From NCBI GenBank assembly GCA_043228905.1, contig JBHGNT010000290.1, positions 1 to 39,141 of the forward strand: a stretch of 39,141 nucleotides of DNA. The letters are read 5' to 3'. The position numbers and the translations under genes are program-made. The first letter of the stretch is position 1, and each line of letters opens with the position of its first letter. Shown in pieces: positions 1-10,887 of the stretch. The notes below the pieces were generated by a model. It was not told where the DNA came from. It searched no databases and saw only the letters and a program-made list of their open reading frames with translations. The DNA is from Azolla caroliniana (taxonomy: Eukaryota; Plantae; Polypodiophyta).

Positions 1-31
1 ATGCAGTTTTGATTGCAAACAAGTTGAATTT

Positions 32-2300
32 TTGGGATACACTATTTCATCCCAGGGTGTTTTCATGGACCCGGCAAAAGTCCAAACAATATTGGAATGG
101 AAACCCCCATGCTCAGTTCGGGATGTCCAGTGTTTCCTCGGATTTGCGAACTTCTATCGCAAATTCGTACATAATTATTCAAGCATTGTGTTGCCCCTTA
201 CTCAACTCACCAAGAAAAATCAAGCATTTTTTTGGAGTATCGAAGCGGACAAGGCTTTTACGCAGCTGAAAGAGGCATTCACATCAGCACCCATCCTAGC
301 ACATATTGATCCTGAAAAGCCATTTACTATTGAGGCGAATGCATCAGACTTTGCATTGGGGAGTATCCTATCGCAACCAGGCGAGGACGGGCAGATACAT
401 CCAGTCGCGTTTCACTCGAGAAAGTTTACTGTTTCGGAGATAAACTATGAGGTGCATGACAAGGAGTTACTAGCTGTGGTCGACTCATTCGAGCAATGGC
501 GTCATTTTCTAGAAGGATCACCTCATCAGATTATCATTTATAGTGATCACAAAAATCTCACATATTTTCAAATAGCTCGAGTATTAAATAGACGACAAGC
601 TCGGTGGGCCCAATTTCTAACGCGTTTCGATTTCAAGATCATTTTTCGCCCCGGAAAACAACAAGGGAAAGCATATGCTCTATCTCGGCGTTCGTATCTA
701 GCCCTTCGACCTGGAGATCCGGCCTTTGACAATCAAAAGCAAACTCTCCTCGGGCCATCAAAGCTACATGTAACAACAATTTATGCCACACCACTTGATT
801 CTACCCTTCTTGACACTATTCGGCAACAACTTCATTCGGATGATTTTGCTAAGGATGTCTTAGCCCACTGTGGTTCAAGTCGTCCATCTTGCTCCACATT
901 GCCAGGGTCATCTCAACATTATCAGGACTTCAAGTGGCAAGATGGTTTACTCTTCTACAAGAATCTCCTTTACGTCCCTGACGGATCACCCCGACTTCAA
1001 GTGTTGGAACATTGTCATGATGCCCCCATGGCTGAACATTTTGGTATTTCCAAGACCATTGAGCTGGTGAAACGTTCATTTTGGTGGCCTCAATTGCAAA
1101 AATTTGTCGAAGATTATGTTCGCACTTGTGACACTTGCTGTCGCGCCAAAATACCCCGGCATCACCCTTATGGCTTACTACAAGCATTACCCCCTCCCAA
1201 CAAGCCATGGCAGTCTATTTCTATGGATTTCATTACGGATCTGCCACCTTCCAAAGGCTTCGATACTATTTTAACAGTAGTGGATCGGTTCACCAAGATG
1301 GCACATTTTGTACCATGTGTAAAGACCATCAATAGTGAAGAAACTGCAGATCTCATTATGCGTGAAGTGTTTCGCCATCATGGTCTCCCGAATGATATTA
1401 TTAGCGATCGAGGTCCTCAATTTATCTCACACTTTTGGAAGCACCTATGGGAAGGCCTCAAAATGTCTTGCAAACTCTCTTCGGCTTATCATCCACAAAC
1501 TGACGGACAAACAGAGCGCACAAATCAAACGCTCGAGCAATATCTTTGATGTTTCATTAGTTATCAACAAGATGATTGGAGTAAAATTTTACATCTTGCT
1601 GAGTTTGCATACAACAACACGGTCCACTCTTCTACCAAAGTTACACCTTTCTTTGCCTACACCGGCAACCACCCTCGATGGTGTATATTGGATCTTCCCG
1701 AGGTGTCACGAAACCCTAGTGCGGCGCATCACCTCCACCGACTACAACAAATCCAGTTCGAGTTATCGTCACATCTTCAGAAAGCGCAAGCACACCATAA
1801 GACCAATGCCGATCGACATCGTCTTAAGTCTCCGTTTAAGGTTAGTGACCGTGTATGGTTGCTTCGTCGTCACATCAAGACTACCGACCGTGTGCTAAGC
1901 TTGACTATCAACGCTTAGGTCCTTTTGTCATCACGGCGCAGATTAATGATGCAACATTTCGTCTTAACCTTCCTCCACATATGCGGCTTCACCCTGTCTT
2001 TCATAGCTCTCTTTTGGAACCTTGCCCACCTCTTTAATTCCTAATCGTGTCGTGCCACCACCGCCTTCTATACAACTTGTGGACGGCCCCGAATACGAGG
2101 TAGCTGCTATTCTCGATTCTAAGATTGTGCGCAATAAGCTTTATTATCTAGTTGATTGGCTTGGTTATCCTCCGAGTGATCGCACTTGGGAACCCATCGA
2201 TAACGTTTGTAATGCTGAAGCTCTGGTCAACGACTTCCATCGTCACTATCCAAACAAGCCCGGCCCAACAATGTTAACGCCGACTTCCACTCGGCGTTCT
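32..2300 (+). pseudogene. pol: Gypsy pol (RT C-terminus, RNase H, integrase, chromodomain), disrupted
   Basis: FLGFANFYRKF, ANASDFALG..YEVHDKELLA, HHCC (H..H..CDTC), ISMDFIT..SDRGPQF..GQTERTNQ, RLGPF, chromodomain EYEVAAILDS..YLVDWLGY..TWEP. TGA at 1547-1549 (probably CGA>TGA); frameshifts near 1890 and 2030. Confidence 0.92.
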
Positions 2301-2336
2301 CGAAGGAGGGATAGTGTCATGAACACATGACCATTA

Positions 2337-2404
2337 TGGCGTCACCCGGACTTGAACCTCGAACCTTGTAATTCATACTTGAAAACCTCAACCATTAAGA
2401 TAGC
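2337..2404 (-). promoter_or_regulatory. tRNA-like Pol III A-box/B-box module in LTR U3 (antisense to LTR)
   Basis: Minus strand TATCTTAATGG (2402-2392) then GGTTCAAGTCC (2358-2348) at tRNA spacing. No convincing cloverleaf. Confidence 0.65.
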
Positions 2405-2472
2405 TTATTGTTATATGAAACAATAAAAGCTACTTCTTGTATTACATTGATTATTGTAAAAACTCTAGATTA

Positions 2473-2536
2473 TTCTAGAATGTTCTAGAATGTCCTAGAG
2501 CATTCTAGGTCTAGAACATTCTAGAACATTCTAGAA
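2473..2536. promoter_or_regulatory. Heat-shock-element array in LTR
   Basis: TTCtaGAAtgTTCtaGAA (2473-2490) and GAAcaTTCtaGAAcaTTCtaGAA (2514-2536), ~25 bp upstream of TATA. Confidence 0.7.
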
Positions 2537-2723
2537 ATCTCTAAGCTATTCTATAGGAACCTATAAATAATCGCATACATGTATTCTCAAATCAATTCGA
2601 ATCAACACCAATCTTTAGCTCTCATTACATATCTTGTATCCATTCTCTTTCTTTCTCTATCTTATACATCCATTCTTCTCTATCCTTCTTCCATCACTCT
2701 ATCTTTTATCCTTGGTTCTGACA

Positions 2724-3788
2724 ATGCACATCCAAACTAATCCTATCGGTGTTCCCATTGTAGTAATATCTCGGTTCTCCACGACTAGTTGGCATTGGTC
2801 TCGGATGGAGTATAGGTCTCGGATGGAGTATATCGCACATTCGACAAACGCTTCCGCAAATTCGTCCACTATTGAACTGACTCCGGAGTTCCGGATCGTG
2901 ACCTTGTTCACCGCTTGCAAATCTTGAATGAATTGGAGTGGTCCATTCTTCTTAGGAACCATAAACCATTTATTTGAGTATGGAGCGTTTGATGGCTCTA
3001 GAATCCCCATCGCCACCTTTTCTTTGAGCAATTCAATGATTTTCGGAATATGTACCCGTGGCACCATAATTGGCTTCAAGTTCCACGACACATGATCAAT
3101 CATGAATATCACCATCGGCTCCACTATCTTTGGATCAACACACTATCTCTTTTGGTGTGAATGCGAATGCTTTTCCATGTTGCTACAACATCTCACGGAA
3201 TCGTTCTTCTTCATTCTTTAAGAGGAACCCACCTCCACCAATCCAAAGTTTCTTCAGAGTCTCATTCATGAAGGCATTTCCGATATTCACGGACTTCCAA
3301 AGTGTCAGATCTCTCGAGAATTCTTTCCTCTTTTGTTTGCTATTGGTGGGTAGCGGTCCCGCGGACGGTTTCACCTTCTTTCCCACGGTCTTATATTTTG
3401 TACATACCATTGGTTCTTCTTTGCGGAGCGCATTTGGCCCCATTTTCGCAATGATATTGTACATCTCGACCGATTCCACCGGGACTACCTAGTCTCCCTG
3501 GCTATTCTCTTCTGCAAGTTCTTCAAGCCGTTGTAGCGTGCTCCCATAGAACACTTCTTCGACTACTTCCACGATCTCTTCGTCTTCATTTACGATTGAT
3601 GCAGACCATAACTCATCTTGCACCTTTCGGAATTTTTTCTTCATTACTCTGGTTACGGCCGTGTATGTAGATGCCTCATCCAGACCAATTCGTACTGGTT
3701 TTGCTCCGAGAGTTTTGTTCCTGTGTGGAGTATTAGGGCTTCTAGGACTATCACTTCCCCACTTTGCAACAGTCCGCTTTAAAAATCC
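2724..3788 (-). pseudogene. pol: Element B RT frame (N-terminal part)
   Basis: KYKTVGKKVKP, EPMVIFM..WNLKPI..GILEPSNAPYSNKWFMVPKKNG..TPIGLVWMC; contains stops; cut by A. Confidence 0.85.
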
Positions 3789-4148
3789 ATTTTTGTTTCA
3801 ATGGGACAAGAGCTCTCTCTTATTCCTTTCGTGATTTGATGGCACAGTTAGGAATTGGATGGTTTTTCCTCCGCTTTGGCTCCGAATTCGTGCAAAAGCC
3901 GCTCCGCTATAAGCACCTTTGTCTCCATCCGTGAAGCTGTGATAAAGGGTTGCCCAAGGATTATGGAATGTGAGCCCTCATCTTGCATGAAAAGATGCCT
4001 TTGCTCTAGATGACTCCCCCACACGTATTCCCGCAGTTGTCGCATAATTGCTTTTCGCCGCTATCTCCTCCCCTAGGACCTTCTTCATGCTGCCTTTTCG
4101 GATGTTTGGCCGGAGTAGCCTCTGAGAGTCCATCGAATGAATCCGATT

Positions 4149-4889
4149 TCACTCGTAGTAGATAAAATGCCATCGTAGTGCCTCCTTGTGCTCATCACAA
4201 TCCTTCTGATCATGTTCAATACTATCACACCATATGGACTGACGATCCATATACTTGGAACTTGTGGGACGGTCTTCCGATTTTTTCACTACTGCGATTT
4301 TCAGATTCTCCATTTCCTTCATCAACTCGTCCACCGTGGTTGCATCGATTCCCTTCTCGGTCGTAGTCTCCCGAGCCCATAGTTGTTGGTCTTCTAATCT
4401 GGATCTTGGTTTCGGAATCCGTTTTGAAATCCTCTTTTCTTCATTACCAAGCCATTGCCCCCTTTTTGTGTATCGCATGACGATGTCCTGCACGTTTCTC
4501 CATGTATTGGTGAGGCCACTCTCAGTAGTCGTGTCCTCTACAAGCATTCCAAGGTCTTTCCGGTCCCGGACGTCTATGGCTCGTAAGAACATGATGACTT
4601 TGTCCGGTGCGAGGATAGCTTGATCTCTCGCGAACAACCTCCCGAATCGACTTTCGAATGCCGAAAACACATCGAGGACCTTCAACCCCTTGTCCGGCAT
4701 TTCCACCCAATCTTCGAATCCCCTCCGCGTTGCCTTCGATGAGTCCTCGATAGCGAACGTGGTCTTCAACACTTCTTCAAATGCTTCCCATGTCGGAAGT
4801 TGGTGTCGTAACCCGTGGATACTCCCTTGAAGCCCGTCCATAGCCACCCGATTGAAGGATGTCACTTGCAATCCTTCCAATATTCTGCA
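4149..4889 (-). pseudogene. gag: Element B gag (C-terminal part)
   Basis: 243-aa ORF similar to gag fragments of C (9344-9613) and D (17192-17668). Confidence 0.75.
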
Positions 4890-4893
4890 CTGT

Positions 4894-5563
4894 TGTCGAG
4901 AAGATTGTGGTTGTGTGTCGCAACCGCCAGGGTTCTATGACTCGGGGATGATCGGGGTGAAAACGCGTAATCGCAGATGGTGCGATGACAAGTAGCCGAG
5001 AAGGCAAGATAAATGCGATGTTGTCGCGAAAAGAATTTTATTTGTAAAACAACCACTTACAATATTTATTTGCTAAAAGTTACTTGGCAAGACTTGAACT
5101 CACAAACTCTATTTGAGAAGAAGTGTTTGCGATAGACCACTTCAATCTCCTTGGTTTCTATTTATTTGTCTTTCTCTTTCACTTTATATATATGAAATTT
5201 ATATTACAAAAATTCATTACCAAAAGAAGTTGTTCGAAGAGGATTCGATCTCACAACCTTTTGTTTACAAAGAGGGTACACCACTTCAACTTCTTCCTTT
5301 TCTTGTATGTTCTTTCTTTTCTTAACTATTGTCTTGATTTCTGCAAGCCACCATCTTCTTTGGCGAGCTCTGCATCCCACACCCACGCGAGCTTCTTCAC
5401 TCACTTTTCCTTCCTTTTCTTCTCCTTCTCCTCTTTCCCCCCTTTAGCCACCGTAGGCGTGGCTTATATAGGGTGGTCAACCGCCCTACCACCCTCTTGA
5501 GGCGGTTTGTCAACGACCTCATGCAGGTAGTTATATTTATTTTTATTTATTGTATATTATTTT
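4894..5563 (-). repeat. 3' LTR of C (U3 start lost by deletion)
   Basis: 4965-5563 matches 21431-~22010. Confidence 0.85.
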
Positions 5564-8500
5564 ATACTTTGGGTGCTTCCAAAGGTAACCTTGGTGCAAG
5601 AAAAATCGGTGTGCCTTCTTTCGGAAATTTGAGAAATTTCTCCCACTCCAAGTTCCTTCCTTCCATGGTGCTTGTAGATACTTCCTGATTTCCTTAAACT
5701 CTTCATTATACTCTTCTTCTTTAAACTCATGTTCTTCATGTGGCTCACCCCCTCTAATTGCATTTATGACCAAAGTTGATTCTTCTTCGTCGCTATCTGA
5801 TTCTGCCACTTCCTCTTGTTCATATTTTGATCTGGATAACATATCAGCCATTGCATTCTTCTCACCAGATATATGTCGAACATCTGGGTTGATGGTTTTG
5901 ATGTAGACATACCACCTAAGCATTGCTTGGTCTGGAATATTGCAATTTGCAATAATCCCCAGAATTGGTAAGCAATCTGTCTCCACAATCACCTCAACAC
6001 CAACCAGATAGTCCCTATCCGTCTTGATAGCAATGATTATCCCCTAGAGCTCTCTCTTCACTTGCGCATACTTTTGTTGACATCCGCTATGTACCTTCGC
6101 ACCAAATCGAATCAGATGTCTTTCTCCTTCCTCATCTTGTTGGCTTATTACCCACCTGATTCCAATCGGACTTGAGTCAACTGTGAGGATTATTGGTTGG
6201 GTGTAGTCAGGTTGTTTCAATGCAGAAGCTTTAGCCAGATTCTCCTTTAGTCTTTTAATTGCATTTGAGTGTTCTTCTGTCCAGTCAAATACTTCCCCTT
6301 TTCTTAATAGCCGATACAATGGATTTGATATGTGGGCATAATGTGGAATTCACCTGCAATAGAAGACACATGCACCCAAGAACCTCCGAACTTTAGATAC
6401 AGAGTTGCATTCTTCTTTTATATTTTGTATTGTGTTGATCTTTGTTGGTGCTGGCATTCTTCCATATGACCCACACATATGTCCTACACTAGTACTTCTT
6501 GAACCCTGAATATTGATTTTGGAGCCGAAAGTGCTAGGTGTACCTCCTCTAGTCTTGAAAGCACTTTATCACAATCTTCTATGTGATCCTTGATGAACTT
6601 CCGACATCCACTACTATCCAATTCTTCATTCTTCATTCTTTCCTCGCATCCTTTAATGGGTATATCATCAAGAAAGGCATGGTTATGTGAGGAATAAAAT
6701 CTCGGAGAACTTTGTGCATACTATTCATCATGTGAGCGACTGAGTTGGTCGCACCTTAAGGTAGGGTACACATTCGAAGTAATCCAATAGGAGCCCTAAT
6801 GGAGGTGATATCCCAACTACGAACCGCAAGCTGGAACTGGTCATAGCCAGAGTAGAGATCACCCATAGAGTAGATCGCCCTTCCAGCGAACATCTCTGCA
6901 AACTCATCTACTATTGGCCCTACTCCTGAATTCCGGATAGTAACTTGATTCATAGGTTGCATGTCTTGAATGAATTGAAGCCACCCATCCTTGCTCGAGT
7001 ATGGAGCGTTTGATGGTTCCAAGATGCCCATGTTCATTTTCTCTTTCAGAAGCTCGATTAATTGCGGTATCCTTGCTCTTGGCACTAGGATTGGCTTCAG
7101 ATTCCACGGAATGTGTGGGATCGTGAAGATGACCATTGGTTCAACTACTTTCGGATTCACACATCCAATTTCTTCAGGGTTGAAGGAGAATGCTTTCCCA
7201 TGCCGCCCTAGCATTTTTTTGAATTCTGCTTCTTCTATAGGTGTTAGGAAGCCCTCCCCTCCAATTCTTAGTTCTTTAATTGTTTCTTCCGTGAACTTGT
7301 GCCCAATTCTCTTTGGATCCCGAAGAATTGGCTCAGTCGACACCTCCTTCATTATCTTTTCATTGTCTTTTGGAAGTGGTGTTGCTGCTGGCCGGACCTT
7401 CTTCACCACCGTTTTGTACTTTGTGTTTATTCGAGCTTCTTCATTTTGAACATACTCCTTGATGGTTTTGAATAGCTCGATGGAATTTACCACAACTTCA
7501 ACTTCATCATCTTCCGTCATTAGAGACTCCAACTCTCCTACTGTATCTTTAAAACAATATTCTTCAAATATATTCACTAATTTTTCTTATGAATCTATCA
7601 TACCTCCACCTTGTAATTCTTTTTCTATTTTTCGGAATTTCTTTCCTTTGAAATCTTCTATTATAGTTGCGCCATCTACCGACGCAACATATAATTTACC
7701 TTTATCTTCAATGCTATGAATGGGGCTTCTTACCTCCCTCGGGCCATCACAACCCCTTTTTTGTAAGGGCCCGCTCTAGAAATCCTATACGAAATCCCCC
7801 ACATCTCGTAGATTCTCCTTATTCCTCTCATGATTTGGTTGAATAGTAAGGAACTGTACCGACCTCTTCCCATCCTGGCTTCGAATCCTAGTAAACGCCG
7901 CTCCATTATCAATCACTTTAGTCTCCATCCGGACTGTTGTGATGTACGGTTGCCCTAGAATTATTGGTTAAAATGACTTCTCTTGGACGAAGAAGTTTTG
8001 ATCTACTGACACGTCCCCAATTATAACTTTAATATTTGGGCATGCGCCACATAAATCCTCCACGACCTCAGTCATTGCTCTCACCTTCCAACCGTGGTTC
8101 CTTTCTATTGGCCATCTCCCGCGATTGTAAATATCAGACGATATGATATTGATCTCGGAGCCATGGTCGATGAGTGCCACACATGGTTCCATCTGATCTC
8201 CAATTCTGACTGGAACCTCGGTTGTCGCCCAAGCCCAGTGTGTGCGGGTGTAATGGGTTCGTTCCTCTTCATGACTACATTGTGTGTCAACACTCCGTAC
8301 CCCGACTAACAATGCAGTCTCCATATCTTCATCTTCGTCCCGCATCATGACGATATTTACTCCTCCAGTTTCTTCAACCACTTGTCTTTTCCTCTGAATC
8401 AAATCAATGATCACTTTCTCGGAGTGTTAACTCAACTTTACTATCGAGAATCCTTGATTCTAGCACTGCTTTAGGTCAGTGGATGTTTCGATGTTGGAGG

Positions 8501-9964
8501 CGAGTTTGAATGACGGGGCTATCTTTTGCTTACCTTTGTCTTCTTTCATCGCCTCCACAACAACTCGTTTAGTTTCTCGTCTCTTTTGTTCTCGAGTCTC
8601 GGGTTTTCTAGAAGGTCCCGCTTCTTCAGTTCTCCTTCGTTTTTCTTCGACTGTCACCTCGTGGGCATTCACCCCTGCTATCTTGGCGATCCCAGTGAGT
8701 GAATCTATTGGGTCATTCCACCCAGTACTACTCCTTATCTCGTCACCAGCCTTTCGTAAGTCCTGTGGCTAGACTCTTTTGTCAGTAACAGACTTTATCA
8801 CTTTTCCCCAAAATCCTGATCCAATAAGGGGATCATTGAACTTCAATCCGGAAGTAGTCGAAAAGTACATTGCTTGAACATTCTTCGACTCTTCGTCGTC
8901 CATCACTTTCTTCATCCCACCTTTGCCAAAGTTGGTTTTTAGGGGTTGTCGGGTCTCCGAGGAGTGGATTCTCCCATTTTGATATAAGATAAGATTTCTT
9001 TCTAATGCTTCCTTATGGCTCTACCAATCCCTTTTTTGGTGCTCCTTGCTATCACACCATATGCATTGGCGGACGAATTCACCCTTTTCTCCTTCATTGG
9101 GCTTTTGTCGAACACCCGAGCTTTCACCCTTCTCAAGTTTTGTGAACTTGAGTTGTAGATCCTGCATTCCCTTTATCAGTTCATCAATTGCAGATTCTGG
9201 CTCCTTTCCTTTGCTATCATCCGTTCGAGTTCCTAATTCTTGTTTTGGATGTTCTCTGGCTATTGTCTTATTCTATTGTCATAGCCATCCTCCATCCTTA
9301 GTGCTCTCCTTCTTAGTACTCAACAAGCCTCGAGTACTTCCACCTAATTGGACACCAAACCGGTTGTGCTTGTCCGGTCTTCAAGAAGGATGGTGATATC
9401 TTTCCTAAAAGATTTATCTGCCGCTCGGACGATTAAATCCACCTTCTTTGATTGTAGTAGTTCTCGGTCTCTTATCGAGAGCTCATTATATCTTTTCTCA
9501 AACTCTCTCAGCAATTCTGAAACTGAGAGTCCTTTACCCCCTTTCTCGGTCCATTCGAGAAAGTTTTTCTTTGACATTCTCGTCTGGTCGTCTAGTATAT
9601 ATTCATCAAGCAATGCTTGACGGAGCCCAGCCCAATCTTCACGGAATTTCTCTAATAATTATGTTACCCTTGCTCGGACATCAAGTGTGCAAACCCAGTT
9701 GATATGCGACACCATTTGTGCCCCAGTTGCCCCTCTACTGGCCATCTCGTATTCGTAGATCTCAAGGAACCGAGTGATGTCCTCGCCATTAAATTTGCTT
9801 ATCCTTTTGATGACCGTTTGTACGACGAGCATTAACTCACTTTCCATCCGGTTCATTGCACTTTGCTCTTGAAGCATCCGATTCATTATCGTCATCATGA
9901 AACTTGTCATTTCTTCATTGAAGCCCTTATTTGCCATCTCTGTGTTGGCACTTTTATCCGCCAT
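5564..9964 (-). pseudogene. gag-pol: Element C gag-protease / RT-RNase H, many stops and frameshifts
   Basis: FNGEDITRFLEIYEYEM (gag), ALIDHGSEINI (protease), MGDLYSGYDQ and LDDIPIKG (RT), LTVDSSP..VETDCLPI (RNase H); stops at YLWKHPK before the integrase. Confidence 0.88.
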
Positions 9965-10030
9965 TTTCTTTGATTTTCTGACCTTCTCTTTGGAAAACTT
10001 TAACTCTGAAACTCCCCTTGTCAACAACAC

Positions 10031-10048
10031 TTCACGTCGGGTTCACCA
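10031..10048 (-). promoter_or_regulatory. Primer-binding site, tRNA-Trp (element C)
   Basis: TGGTGAACCCGACGTGAA, complementary to the 3' end of plant cytosolic tRNA-Trp, 4 nt from the LTR end. Confidence 0.88.
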
Positions 10049-10077
10049 ATTTTGTGATGATTGGGGTGAAAACACGT

Positions 10078-10813
10078 TGTTGTGTTGTTCCGCTTTCGCA
10101 TAGGAAATAAGGCGGGACCGCGGGGGCCCTGAACTGAGGAGCAAGAGAGAGAAGAAGGCGGAGTGGGAGAAGACCGCAAGCGCAAGCCGGTTAGGCCCGT
10201 TTGCCACTGATAGCTCTTGTCGGCCAAATGAACCACTAATGCGTAACTGAACAAGATGCACATTCGCGTAAAGAGAGACTCACAAAAACACAGAGAGAGG
10301 GAACACAAGAGTTTCGATTCCTATAACAGCAAAGGTTACACTGTTTGCAAGATTACAGCCAGATAGCCGGCCACAAACCCAACCCAGGCAATCACACACC
10401 TGTGCACACACCCAGTAGAGCCCTTGCCAGAAGCACACGGCTTTCCTTGAAGCAGAGGCAACCAACTCAGAAAGTTGTAGAAAACAACGGTAGAGGAGGA
10501 GAGAGCTCGGTTCCCAATCCGACAACACCTCATCCTTGCCAAAACGCGATATCTTTTCATCCATCTCCCCTTCCCTTTTATAGGACGTTGAGGAAGGACT
10601 GTTACATCCGGTCACATTACTTTTATTCTCTGTCCCTTCGGATAGAGATCCGCTTCGATTCACTAGCCTATTAATTTATACTCCCTAGGATATACACATC
10701 ACACTGGCCAATTCCTAGTTATGTACAACGTGTTGGTTTGAGTGCACACACGTAAGTGCCGTTTCAAGCGCCGAATTCCATGATTCCACCTAAGGCCGGT
10801 TTTCTCCATGACA
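10078..10813 (-). repeat. 3' LTR of D
   Basis: Colinear with the three pieces of the 5' LTR; adjacent PPT GGTGAGGGTGGA. Confidence 0.88.
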
Positions 10814-10887
10814 TCCACCCTCACCAAACTACGCATCCTCCAGTATGTGCTAGAGAGGGACAAGTGTTGGAGAAACCCGGCTTGTAT

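Larger units (their letters stand above)
1..2723 (+). mobile_element. Element A: Ty3/Gypsy chromovirus (Tcn1/Tf2-like), 3' half, inserted into RT of element B
   Basis: RT end, RNase H, integrase and chromodomain, then PPT GAAGGAGGGATAG (2302-2314) and an LTR TGTCA..TGACA. B's RT resumes at 2724. Confidence 0.93.
2315..2723 (+). repeat. 3' LTR of element A
   Basis: Follows the PPT; TGTCA..TGACA termini; TATAAATA at ~2562; same layout as LTR 24334-24804. Confidence 0.9.

Noticed and set aside
2797-2832. 18-bp tandem duplication in B RT (another at 35901-35940 in F)
   Set aside because: Ordinary slippage or repair scars in dead copies.
10053-10813. One LTR shared by tandem elements C and D
   Set aside because: The TSD and the empty site at ~4961 show D inserted 25 bp from the end of C's 5' LTR.
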